Origin: Porphyridium purpureum
Taxonomy: Eukaryota
DNA length: 64,000 nt
Direction: 5' to 3'
Assembly: GCA_008690995.1 (NCBI GenBank)
Contig: VRMN01000012.1
Location: 248,001-312,000, forward strand
In this document: positions 20,504-31,348 of the stretch, in pieces
Layout of the letters: each line of letters begins with the position of its first letter
Position numbering within the stretch: position 1 is the stretch's first letter
The notes under the pieces: generated by a model
What the model was told of the DNA's origin: nothing
What the model saw: only the letters and a program-made list of their open reading frames with translations
Database searches by the model: none
Translations under genes and position numbers: made by a program

Positions 20504-22450
20504 TTAAACCGCCAACGAGGACAACTTGGAATCTCGTTTGAACCCGAGTGGGTTTCTCAGACGCGAGGAGGTTCGATGCTTCGACGACCTTGAAGAGCGC
20601 GGCGAGTCCGGGAACAGTGCTGCGTGCTTATTTTGAGGCAACTTGAACGGGTTGCTGCCGGCGTCGACGCCGTGCCCATTTCCCTTCTGCGACTTTGACG
20701 AGTGCGGCGAGTCCGGGAACGGTGCTGCGTGCTTATTTTGAGGCAACTTGAACGGGTTGCTGCCGGCTTCGACGCCATACCCATTCCCCTTCAGCAACTT
20801 TGAGCTCGGCGATCGCGGGAACGGTGCCGCGAGCCCACTCACCTTTGCGCCAAACGGGTTACTGTCGCTGCTGTCGGCGTCGACGCCATACCCACCTCCC
20901 GTCTGCGACTTTGACGAGCTCGGTGATCGCGGGAACGGTGCCGCGAGCCCACTCACCTTTGCGCCAAACGGGTTATTGTCGCTGCTGTCGGCGTCGACGC
21001 CCAGGCCATACTCTTTCAGCAACTTTGAGCTCGGCGATTGCGGGAACGGTGCTGCGAGCCCACTCGCCTTTGCGCCAAACGGGTTGTCACCGTTGCTGCG
21101 GACGTCGACGCCCAGGCCATACTCTTTCAGCAACTTTGAGCTCGGCGATTGCGGGAACGGTGCTGCGAGCCCACTCGCCTTTGCGCCAAACGGGTTGTTG
21201 CCGTTGCTGCCGGCACTTATGCCAAGCCCATCTCCCTTCAGCGACTTTGACGAGTGCGATGATTGCGGAAACGGTGCTGCGAGCCCACTCCCATTCAAAC
21301 TGAACGGGTTACTGCCGACGTCGACGCCAAGACCATATTCTTTCAGCAACTTTGAGCTCGGCGATTGCGGGAACGGTGCCACGAGCCCACTCGCCTTTGC
21401 GCCAAACGGGTTGTTGCCGTTGCTGCCGGCACTTATGCCAAGCCCATCTCCCTTCAGCGACTTTGACGAGTGCGATGATTGCGGAAACGGTGCTGCGAGC
21501 CCACTCCCATTCAAACTGAACGGGTTACTGCCGACGTCGACGCCAAGACCATATTCTTTTAGCAACTTTGAGCTCGGCGATTGCGGGAACGGTGCTGCGA
21601 GCCCACTCCCATTCAAAGCGAACGGGTTGCTGCCGACGTCGACGCCAAGACCATATTCTTTCAGCAACTTTGAGCTCGGGGGTTGCGGGAACGGTACCAC
21701 GAGCCCACTCCCATTCAAATCAAACGGGTTGTTGCCGTTGCTGTCGGCACTTATGCCAAGCCCATCTCCCTTCAGCGACTTTGACGGGTGCGACGATTGC
21801 GGAAACGGTGCCGCGAGCCCTCTTCCCTGCGCGCCAAACGGATTGCTGCCGGGAATGCTATCTTTACGCACATCTTGTTCCTCCGACTGTGGCGGCTTCG
21901 GCATGTCCGCCATTGGTGCCACGGGCTTGCTGACCTCCGGGACAAAAACATTGGTTCCGGTCCCAACTTCAGAATGACTTGTTTGACCAGAAACAGATCG
22001 ACCGCCCGAAGATTCTTTCTCCGCTCTGTTTTCCTCGTCGTTGCGGACATGTGGTTCAATGATTACCAAGACCGGAATTCGCTTTTGAGGTTTGGCTTTT
22101 TGCTTTCCTGAATACGGATCATCCACTTCCTTCGGCGGAATCGGCTCCGAAATCGGCTGCGGAATAGGCTGCGGAATAGGTTGCGGATAGAACGTCTGAT
22201 TCGTCTCTACCTTTTCCTCTTGTTCTTGCTCTAAGGGTCCCCAATAGGAGAAATCAGGTGATGACCTCGAAACTGGCTCATCGCGCACGCCAACCCCTTT
22301 TCCGTCGACAGGTTGTGCGACGACGGCGGCATCGTTTTCAACGCTGCTCGGGATGGGCACGCTCTCGGTCGTTTTCGTCGGCGCTGCGTGGCTGTTGTGG
22401 TTAGCTTGAGGTTCTTCTCTAGGAAACAAGCATTCGCAGATATTCCCCAT
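20504..22450 (-). CDS. NPF-repeat disordered protein B with a putative N-terminal myristoylation/palmitoylation signal
   Basis: Same first ~105 aa as protein A. Contains 12 NPF motifs in 32-36-aa imperfect repeats (GSNPF...GLAAPFPQSPSSK). Shares the C-terminus ...GFKRDSKLSSLAV with A. Confidence 0.85.
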   Translation of the reverse strand: MGNICECLFPREEPQANHNSHAAPTKTTESVPIPSSVENDAAVVAQPVDGKGVGVRDEPVSRSSPDFSYWGPLEQEQEEKVETNQTFYPQPIPQPIPQPISEPIPPKEVDDPYSGKQKAKPQKRIPVLVIIEPHVRNDEENRAEKESSGGRSVSGQTSHSEVGTGTNVFVPEVSKPVAPMADMPKPPQSEEQDVRKDSIPGSNPFGAQGRGLAAPFPQSSHPSKSLKGDGLGISADSNGNNPFDLNGSGLVVPFPQPPSSKLLKEYGLGVDVGSNPFALNGSGLAAPFPQSPSSKLLKEYGLGVDVGSNPFSLNGSGLAAPFPQSSHSSKSLKGDGLGISAGSNGNNPFGAKASGLVAPFPQSPSSKLLKEYGLGVDVGSNPFSLNGSGLAAPFPQSSHSSKSLKGDGLGISAGSNGNNPFGAKASGLAAPFPQSPSSKLLKEYGLGVDVRSNGDNPFGAKASGLAAPFPQSPSSKLLKEYGLGVDADSSDNNPFGAKVSGLAAPFPRSPSSSKSQTGGGYGVDADSSDSNPFGAKVSGLAAPFPRSPSSKLLKGNGYGVEAGSNPFKLPQNKHAAPFPDSPHSSKSQKGNGHGVDAGSNPFKLPQNKHAALFPDSPRSSRSSKHRTSSRLRNPLGFKRDSKLSSLAV

Positions 22451-24437
22451 ATTTCCGCGCTCCTAGACAAGCCTCTCACAATCAAAACAAGCTTCCTCGA
22501 ACGTCCGCCTCGACCTTTCGCGCCACTTGTGCACCAACGCCTTCCAATCTTTGCTTGCCGGAACCAAACTTGTACAAGTGCGCAGCGCCGTTCACTCCCT
22601 TCCTACCTTCGCGCGACATCCTCGCCATGTTTCTTTACCTAAATAGATTCCGACCCAGTCTCGAAATTCACACGGCAGGCCAACATCGGCGCCAGAAACT
22701 GCGGTTTCATAGTAAAACAGGCCTGTTTAGATATAGAAAATGGTCGAGCGGGCGCATCATTTGTTGCGGTGCGCGGCAGACTGACGGTCGGGTCGAGAAG
22801 TGGCCGTGGCGTGCGCGTGGCGGTCGTACGCGAAGAGCTCGGCTTCGCGAACGCGGAGCATGCCGGACTTCAATTTACGAGTGCGATGAACCGTTCGGCT
22901 GGAGCCGAGGAATGTCACAGATCCGAAACCCGTTCGCAGCTGTTTAGGCGGCGAGGTGACTTTGCCTGTGCGCAGGCGGATCAGGGAAGGTTTGCAACTT
23001 TAACTCGCGAATGTGAACTTTGCGAGTCGAAGGGACCATCGTGGTAGTGTATAGTCAACCCGTGTTTCGGTGTGCATCCGACACCAAGCGTCGGTTCACG
23101 TGTGTGCTGTATGTAAGAGGTGGTGAAGAGATCCCAGCTCCTTCCGCACGCCATGCACGGCGCTCGTTGGCGGCTTTCGCTATCGGGCCCTTAAGGACAG
23201 ACAGGCCAAACCGCGTCGGTACGCGCGCACGAAGTCCGTTCTCAGCACACGCACAATCCTTCTCTAGGCACATACGTGAGATCTTTCTGTCTCTCTACTT
23301 TCTCTAATTTACAGCACAGCCACAAAAACCGTGGGAACTTTCGACTTGGTCCTCATCATTCTATCGCGTCGTCATGACCTAGCGACTCGCATAGTATCCA
23401 AGAACGACCTTCTCCCTTGGTACCCATCTGATCACAAACTCGACCGCACGAACCCATGATCAATCGAACAGACCTGTTGCGCGCTAAAGGTAGTTTTCAT
23501 AAGATCGCGAAAACCTTGGCAAACCAACGCCCGCCGGTCTCCGTATCCGATACGATATTACAATTATTATTATTTGTCAATCCTCGTCCTGTGCAGACCC
23601 TTTTCTCGTGACCACGTCAGTTTCCCCCTCCAAAAAGCCATGATATGATTTATTTTTCCACGGCATCCCAAGAAACAGAGCAAGAAAGACACCTTTGGAC
23701 GTTCCACTCAACGTGCGACTCCATCATGAGCGCATACCGCCGTGTCCATTTACAACTCACGCAAGACCTCCCTCATTCCCCCCGTTTCCCCCCTCCCCCA
23801 CACACACACACGCTTCTGAAATTTTGCAGTGTCGGTTTCCGTAGCAAAACCACACGAATTTATGGGAGTTAGAAAGGCGAGCACCAAAATTGAATTCATC
23901 TAGCAAACGATGACTTTTTAGTAGGAAACAGTGAGCACAGCAATTCATATGCGTAGGTGCATTCTTTTGATACCGACGGCTGACAAGATGACACAAGGGT
24001 TAGTTGGTGTGCAACGTTTATATTATGGTCTAGTGTGACACGACGGGCATATGCTGTATACGGCGACTGCCTCGATTGGGAAGAAGTCTTGCAACACGAA
24101 CCGGCCTGTTTCAGTAGATCGTTCGACAATCTCACCGTGCGTACTCAAGCCTTCCCGTAGGAAAGAGACGGTGGGAAAGAAGGAAGGTGACAAGGAAAGA
24201 AAGCTGGGAACGATAGCCAAGGGGAATAAGTGTTGTTGTACCGTGGCAAGCCGTGAAAGTTGTACAAGGTGTCGTGTTGCTCGGCTGCACGGAAAAGAGC
24301 GGCAAACAGACTTGCACGACTGCCGACGAGTCGAACTTTTTCGTGTTCGCATTGCGGCACCTAGACGTAGTGCTGGCATCTTCACGCGCGGACGCCGATT
24401 GTTACAAACGGGGAGCACGCACGAAGGACAGGACAAC

Positions 24438-26324
24438 ATGGCGTCTGTGAGTGAAGGTACCACAGCGCCTGGCGAAGCCGGCGCAGCCAGCGGTCCTTCG
24501 CGCCTATCGCAGGAGCGCGCCGCGTCAATTAAAGTCATGCAGAGGCAGATGGAGAGCATTGATGCTTCTGTGCAGAACATTGGCAACGAAATTCAAGCCG
24601 CGGACGCCGCGTTGAAGGCAATGACGGAAGATATCAGCGCCAGAACAGAGAGAATCAAGCGGCTTATCGAACGTGGCAAGAGCACGGAATTGACTCTAAA
24701 CCAGGAACGAAAACTGCTTCAAGAAGCCGAACAAAAGCTCCATGAGACGAAGCAGCTGATTCGGAGACTGGACATGCAACACAAAGCTATACATTTGGAG
24801 ATCACCAAGAAACGTGCAAAACTCGCGGCGCTTGATGACCCGCGCGTCGACGGTGCAAAGCTGGAACATCTGCGCAACGAACTGCGTGAGACAGAATCTA
24901 AAGTGCAGCGGACGCAAGAGGAGCGCGCAGCGATCTATCGAGAGCAATCGAGGATTGAGCTCGAGAAGCAAAGGGTCCAGAGCGATGCCAATAACAGGAA
25001 GTTGGAGACGGAGAGAACGCAGCAGCGGATTCGGGAGGCCCAGAAACAGCAGCTGGCTGTAAAGCAGCGAATGCTGGATCTCAAGCGGGCCATGGAGGCC
25101 AAAAACCAGGAAATTGCGCTCGAAAATCAGAAGCGAGAGGCGGCACAGCAGTTCGGCAAAGGCGCGGTTACCGCGGGGACAATCGGTGCCCTCGTTCTTC
25201 CTGGCCTTGGTTGGCTATTTGCAGCCGGTGCTGCCGCCGCTGCCGTCGGAAGCCTGGCACAGGTATGCTATCACATGGGACGCGCGAAAAGCCTGAGATC
25301 CCAACTGGAGCGAATGCGGGCTGATATGGTGGACTTGGAATCATTGATGATGAACATCGGGGTTCACATGCAGCAGTTAAGCGAGGAGTTGCAGATGAAC
25401 AAAGCGTCAGAACAAGCCTCGGTTTCGGAAATGCACAAGGTAACCGGAGAGGAGCGCGAAGCGCGTCGTCGATTTGAGGTTAAAACGCACCAGCTGGAGG
25501 GTCTTGTTGAGAGGCAGGGTAAACTTGAGGGGCTCACAGTGACCGAACAGGAGAAGATTGAGAGAATGAAGGCGGATCTGCACCAACAGTTGGGTGAGCA
25601 CGTTGCCTCGATTTCCGAGGTTGAGAGCATGCTGATGGTCCAAAATGAGGCGTTGGCCGATGGTGTCGAGCTGACAAAGCAGAAACAGGCTCAGCTTACG
25701 AATTTGACCGTGGCACTGGAAGAGGTTAAAGGTGAGCTGATTGTCGAAAATCAGGAACTGACTTACGCGAAAAAGAATCGGGACGCAAAGTGTACAGAAA
25801 TGACGTCTCTGAAGCGTGCTGAAAACGAACTCAAGAAGGATCAGAAGGAACTGAAAAAGACGGTCGCAGAAACGATACAATCGCTACGAAATGAGGAGCT
25901 TGCAAGAAAAAAGCAGGAGGAACTTGCCAAGTTGTTGGAGCAGAAGAAGCAGGAGCAGCAGGAAAAAGAAAAGGAGGAACGCTTAGCACATGAGCACCAT
26001 TTGAAAGAGAAGGAAGAGATCAGAGCGCGCTTGGCACTTCAGCAACAGCAGAAGAAAGAGAAGGATTACACGACCGTTCAAAATACCGGAAAGGCGACCA
26101 ATGTCACGGGAGTAACGACCACTCGCTATACGTCGGTGCAAGGGTCACACGGGCAAATGTCCGGAGAGGCGCCGCAGTCAAAGAGACAATCCGCATTAAA
26201 TCTGGAAAAGACAAAAAGTACTTTGCAAGCGCTGGACGAGGCAGCGACACTTCCCGCAGGTGCAGAAGTGCCGGAGAAGCAGAAGTCGAAGAAGATGAGC
26301 TCGGTGATGCAGTTGGCTGCTTAG
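24438..26324 (+). CDS. Long coiled-coil protein with a central Gly/Ala-rich hydrophobic hairpin
   Basis: ATG 24438 (MASVSEG). E/Q/K/R/L heptad-rich helices flank GAVTAGTIGALVLPGLGWLFAAGAAAAAVGSLA. Confidence 0.8.
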   Translation: MASVSEGTTAPGEAGAASGPSRLSQERAASIKVMQRQMESIDASVQNIGNEIQAADAALKAMTEDISARTERIKRLIERGKSTELTLNQERKLLQEAEQKLHETKQLIRRLDMQHKAIHLEITKKRAKLAALDDPRVDGAKLEHLRNELRETESKVQRTQEERAAIYREQSRIELEKQRVQSDANNRKLETERTQQRIREAQKQQLAVKQRMLDLKRAMEAKNQEIALENQKREAAQQFGKGAVTAGTIGALVLPGLGWLFAAGAAAAAVGSLAQVCYHMGRAKSLRSQLERMRADMVDLESLMMNIGVHMQQLSEELQMNKASEQASVSEMHKVTGEEREARRRFEVKTHQLEGLVERQGKLEGLTVTEQEKIERMKADLHQQLGEHVASISEVESMLMVQNEALADGVELTKQKQAQLTNLTVALEEVKGELIVENQELTYAKKNRDAKCTEMTSLKRAENELKKDQKELKKTVAETIQSLRNEELARKKQEELAKLLEQKKQEQQEKEKEERLAHEHHLKEKEEIRARLALQQQQKKEKDYTTVQNTGKATNVTGVTTTRYTSVQGSHGQMSGEAPQSKRQSALNLEKTKSTLQALDEAATLPAGAEVPEKQKSKKMSSVMQLAA

Positions 26325-27242
26325 TGTCAATTTGGCTTTTGTTCATTCGGTTGTACATTGCAGTCTATCATGTCAATTGTGTGGGGTGCAAATTGCGAGA
26401 CGCTTACGTGCCTTCGGGGCCAAGAGAGGCGCGCTGCGTTTAGATCAACGGAGAGGTTTCTCGAACACGAAATGTTGGTTCGATTGGGGTCCGCCATGCA
26501 GCTTGGGGTGCAGTAATGTTGCTTATTGAGCAGAGGGCGCGGCCGTCGGGCGTGGAAAAGGCTTTGTTTGATGCAGGCCAGCATCCTTGTGCCACGATAG
26601 GGATAAAGAGATAGATCCGTTCGTTTGGCTTCCAGACTGTAAATTGCGTCTACTGTTCGTGGCGCTGCATTTGGCCGCACATGCGGACTACGACAACCAA
26701 AGACGAACGGGCCGGCGGTGGTGCTGTACCATGTGCGATCTCTTGAGCTCTGTTCAACATTAAAGTCCGTGCATATATTGAAGCCATACGTGTCGACAAT
26801 GGTAAGCCGGCCGCGGTCTGCGTGTGACGGAGCGTTTGTTTAGAGTCGTCGCACGGCTAGATACCTTGAATGATGATTCTTAGAAGGCATGCGCATCACG
26901 TGACGGCGTCCTACCTCCGCACTGCGCGAACATCCAAGACGGGTTTCCATTCCTCCGTACCACCACCATGATCCCTATGTGCCTGCGTGAGTCTCCTTTA
27001 TCACGCCGTGTCCATCCTATTCTGCAATTGTAATTCACTCTTTACACGCTGAGCAGCTATCTAACGTGCTTCCTGCTGATCTGCGCCTCATATGTACGTC
27101 TGTCCACGCGTGCACGCGACTCAGAATCAGCCATCGCTCCCATGTGCCCGCATGTAGCCGAGTCGAGCGCACCACAAGGCACAAAGTCGCGCAGCAGCCG
27201 CGTTGTGTGTTTATTTTTTGCTTCGCGCGCTGCGCAATGCTG

Positions 27243-27296
27243 CGCTGAAAAATCGTGAAAAGCTCGCGTGTTCGCGATTCCGGAGGAAAAGCGGTG
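27243..27296 (+). promoter_or_regulatory. Conserved bipartite upstream element shared with 15771-15823
   Basis: CGCTGAAAAATCGTGAAA-N16-ATTCCGGAGGAAAAGCGGTG. Confidence 0.6.
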
Positions 27297-27370
27297 TGTG
27301 CACGGGCAGGTGAGAGGGAGAGAAGGTAGCGTTGTGGACGGTCGATGTGAAGGAGGGACCAAGAGGTGCA

Positions 27371-29518
27371 ATGGCGGCTGTGCTAAATCTGACGGGGCAC
27401 TCAGACCATGTGAACGCGCTTGACTTCTCGCCCGATGGCAGGTTCATCGCGTCCGGCAGCTCGGACAAGACGATCAAGGTCTGGGACGCACACACCGGCG
27501 CGTGCGTGCGCACTTTGACGGAGCACTTTGATGAGGTGGGGGCGGTGCGCTTCTCGCCCGATGGCAAGCTCATCGCATCCGGCAGCAGTGACACTGCGGT
27601 CAAGCTGTGGGACGCACACGCTGGCGCGTGCGTGCGCACCATGAAGGGGCACTCAGGTTTGGTTTGGGCGGTGGACTTTTCGCCCGATGGGCGGTTCATT
27701 GCATCCGGCAGCAGTGACACTGCTGTCAAGGTATGGGACACACGCACCGGCATGTGCGTGCGCACCATGACAGGGCACTTGAGTTCAGTTTTGGCGTTGG
27801 ACTTTTCATCGGATGGCCGGTACATCGCCTCTGGCAGCAATGACAAGACGGTCAAGCTGTGGGACGCATACACCGGTGCGTGTGTGCGCACCATGATAGG
27901 GCACGCAGATTTGGTGTGGGTGGTGCAGCTTTCGCCCGATGGCCAATTCATTGTGTCCGGCAGCGCCGACAAGACGGTCAAGCTCTGGGACGCACACACC
28001 GGTGCGTGCGTGCGAACCATCGCGGGGCACTCAAATTCGGTATGTGCGGCGCACTTTTCGCCCGATGGCCGGTTCATTGCGTCCGGCAGCGCGGACAAGA
28101 CGATCAAGTTGTGGGACGCAGACACCGGCACGTGCGTGCGCACTATCACAGGGCGCTCAGATTGGTTACTCATGCGTGTTATGCGGTATTTAGCTGGGGC
28201 GAACGAGGGGCATTCAGGTGAGGTGCAGGCTGTGCGCTTCTCGCCCGATGGCCGGTTCATCGCGTCCGGCAGCGCGGACAAGACGACCAAGGTGTGGGAC
28301 ACAAGCGACCTACATTGCGGCCGTAGAAACACGTCGAGTGCGCCCGAGGAGGACCAGTATTGCAAGGGCTATTGGGAGATTGCCGACTCGGATGGGAGCG
28401 GAGAGTTGGACGCTCAGGAGGCGCTGGCGTTCTTCTCAAAGGCGCGGCTGTCGACTTCGGTGCTACATCGGATGTGGGATGAGATTGCAGTAGCCCGCGG
28501 CAAGCAAGCGCTAAACTATGACGACTTTGTGCTCGCGCTTCGCTTCATTGCGCTGGAGCAGAACGGCGAGGAGGGCAGCCTGGCGCGTGCGCAACAAGGT
28601 CCGCTCTCGCTGTGTGCCAAGATAGACATACCAGGGTCGAACCCGTTTGCCCTTGGCGCGCGCACGCTGTCGGAGACAGCGCAGCACGAGGTATACTGGA
28701 AGCTGGCCCAGGCGGACGGAAGCGGTGAGGTGGACGTGCAGGGAGCGGTTGCGTTTTTGTCCAAATCTGGACTGCGGAACCGCGTGCTGAATGAGATCTG
28801 GGGCCTTGCGACTAGCCAAGGGGTCTTTTCGACGCTCGACATGGAGCGGTTCAAGACTGTGTTACGGCTGGTGGCGATGGCCCAGAAGGGAATGAAGCTG
28901 GACTTGGACGAGGCGGCAGGTGGCGACATGGAACTGATCGCGGACATCAAGGTAGAGGTCACAACAACTTTGCCAGAGCCAACGAGTTCTTTTGCGCGGC
29001 CTTCGCGTCCCGCGACAAGCGTTGTGGACTATCATGCCGCTGAGATTCAATCGCCAGGCAACGGGTGGGACACCGACTTGGAGAGTATGCTTGAGGAAAC
29101 TCCCCTGGACGATCTGACTTGTGAGCAGCTGGCTCGAGTTCTGGAAGAGGTCTTGCAAGTTGACAGCGCATCAGTGAGGAATGTGAGGGAGCACAAGGTG
29201 AACGGTGTGTCTCTGCACGATATGAGGAGGTTTCAAGAGATTGCAAATCTGTCATTCCCGGACAAGAGGAAAGTCGTAAAGTGGGTCGCGGAACGGAAAT
29301 CGGACGAAGGTTTCAAGGAGTACCTGGCGGGTGTCTTTGGCGGTGACTGGGAGCGTGCTGAGCATGCTTACGCATTGTTGGAGAAATACGCAATTTCGAA
29401 TCGAGAAGAGTATCTGTTGTTCCGCTCACAACCAAGCCAGCGAGCAGCTGTGAGGGCGATTGTCCGGCGCTTTCCAGAACTTGGCACGTGGCCGAGAGGA
29501 CCGGTCGCACGGAAGTAG
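27371..29518 (+). CDS. WD40 (7 blades) - EH - NPF - EH - SAM-like protein (inverted paralog of 12587-15634)
   Basis: Seven FSPDG-type WD40 repeats. EH1 ADSDGSGELDAQEALAFFSKARL...LHRMW. DIPGSNPF with NPF at 28640-28648. EH2 AFLSKSGLRNRVLNEIW...LRLVAMAQKG. SAM-like LTCEQLARVL...KVNGVSLHDM. ATG at 27371. Confidence 0.88.
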   Translation: MAAVLNLTGHSDHVNALDFSPDGRFIASGSSDKTIKVWDAHTGACVRTLTEHFDEVGAVRFSPDGKLIASGSSDTAVKLWDAHAGACVRTMKGHSGLVWAVDFSPDGRFIASGSSDTAVKVWDTRTGMCVRTMTGHLSSVLALDFSSDGRYIASGSNDKTVKLWDAYTGACVRTMIGHADLVWVVQLSPDGQFIVSGSADKTVKLWDAHTGACVRTIAGHSNSVCAAHFSPDGRFIASGSADKTIKLWDADTGTCVRTITGRSDWLLMRVMRYLAGANEGHSGEVQAVRFSPDGRFIASGSADKTTKVWDTSDLHCGRRNTSSAPEEDQYCKGYWEIADSDGSGELDAQEALAFFSKARLSTSVLHRMWDEIAVARGKQALNYDDFVLALRFIALEQNGEEGSLARAQQGPLSLCAKIDIPGSNPFALGARTLSETAQHEVYWKLAQADGSGEVDVQGAVAFLSKSGLRNRVLNEIWGLATSQGVFSTLDMERFKTVLRLVAMAQKGMKLDLDEAAGGDMELIADIKVEVTTTLPEPTSSFARPSRPATSVVDYHAAEIQSPGNGWDTDLESMLEETPLDDLTCEQLARVLEEVLQVDSASVRNVREHKVNGVSLHDMRRFQEIANLSFPDKRKVVKWVAERKSDEGFKEYLAGVFGGDWERAEHAYALLEKYAISNREEYLLFRSQPSQRAAVRAIVRRFPELGTWPRGPVARK

Positions 29519-31348
29519 GCCTTGAATTTGATGACTCTGCACGAATATCCTTGAAAATGTAAAATATCTTGATCACGGGATCTACGGTTCACTGTACGCG
29601 TTGACATGATTGTGAGAAGCGGGTCAGCAGAGATATCACGGATATCCTTGGTCTTGTGGGTTCTGCGGTGGCTCCCCATCGACATCTGCCGAATGTGTCT
29701 GGGTGATAGTTCCTTGGCATAGACTACGTGCCCCGCGGTCGCTCAATGTCTACGATGCATCACGGTTGACTCAAGTCACACATCTCTTCTGCATACTCCC
29801 TCCCGGGCGCCTCAGACACAACAGAGGCGGAAGGAACAAAGAACCACGCGCCTTCAACAAGAACGCCACAATGCGGCGGAACACTGACCGGGTCCATCAT
29901 GAGGTCTCGCGAAAGAGCAATTGACCGAGTTTCGCACGTGCCCTTGTTTCGACAGACAGAACGACGAATGGAGCCGCGTGAAGGTGAGCCTGACGTGCGC
30001 AACGGCATACGACTTTGGCTCAGCAATTGTGGCGATCTGGGAAAGTGGTGCGGGTCCTCGTGGTGTGGCAGGATAAACACCATGTTCATTGCAGGGTCTT
30101 CGACAGTAACTTCAATGGATACGCGGGCAGTGCAAGAGTCCGCTTCGACAGAGATAGGGAATGACTGATCTTTTCTAGTACGAAATGGCATGACGTATGC
30201 AGTGGTGACAGATAAGGCTCCTTCTACCATGGCTTTGATATTGTAATGCAGTCCTGCTTTAGTCATTTGCTGCCGTGTACCTCGTCACGAAGAATAGGCT
30301 CATTGGGCGCTTGTCAAACGCTCGCTGTGTCACGTTTTGAAGGTTTTTTTTTTTGGCTCCCGAAGACAAAAGAAAGAGTTGGGACGTGCTCCCTCCAGGA
30401 AGCACAGGGCTCTTTCTCGTGGTCACATGATCTTGTCCCCGTCAGCCTCTTCCAAGGCATGCGTGCGAGCTTGGGAAACCATGCTTCACGATTCAAGCCC
30501 GTCAAAATACACAGACCTTGCGCAAGGCTTGGCAAACCTCCAGCGGATCCCGACACTCAATGAAGCAAGATTTCGATCTCATGGCGGTAGACGATCGGGT
30601 GAAACTGATTCACTGGCTCTTCTCCTGCGCTGGCGCCGTGAAATGATCTAACGGAACGGTTGCACTACGACCGAAGTAGCTGCATCCTTTGATCTTTGCT
30701 CTGGACGAAATCGTTCCGTCCGCGCTTGTCCCGGCCAATCAGAGAGCGATAACTCGCTCGGATTCGATCCAAGGACACTCTCCTTGTCGTTCGCGCACAA
30801 GATATTTCGACCGGCCGATCGAGCTCTGTGTTAAACTGAGTGAATTTAGTACGAACCGATGGACAGATTAAATCCAGTGGAAACGGGTTGCTGGTGGCGA
30901 CTTTTTATTGCATTGCGGCGTGTCGCATTGGGCCGAAAAAAAAGTGAGCGCCAGCTTGCGGGTTTGACAGATGTCTTGCAGCCGTTGGGGGTGTTGACCA
31001 AGCGACGATAGATCCAAGTTCGAAGGGGAAAGGGACGTGGGGGGCGGAGAGGACATCTTCGGTTGGTTTCTTCATTGACTTTAAAGCCCAAAGTGCGGGC
31101 AGCCGGTAAGGAGCGCACATTGGCAAAGGAGTTGCGTCGTCGTGCGACGCGCGCGCTTTGTGCTGACTTTTCTGTTTGGTCCTTCACCTGCCCTTGCGCG
31201 CGGTAGAGGTTCGTTCTGAGACACGATCGGTCTTGCAAGGGGTTGCACGCAGAGCGTGTCGCGTGAATCACTCTCGAAACGTGCCGCTTGCCGCCGGTGC
31301 TCGGGCCAAGGTGTTGAGTGAGATTGTGTTTGACAAGTCAAGTGTATA

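Noticed and set aside
16721..21977. Long plus-strand ORFs (16721-17908, 16869-17747, 20748-21977)
   Set aside because: Antisense shadows of the repetitive NPF genes.
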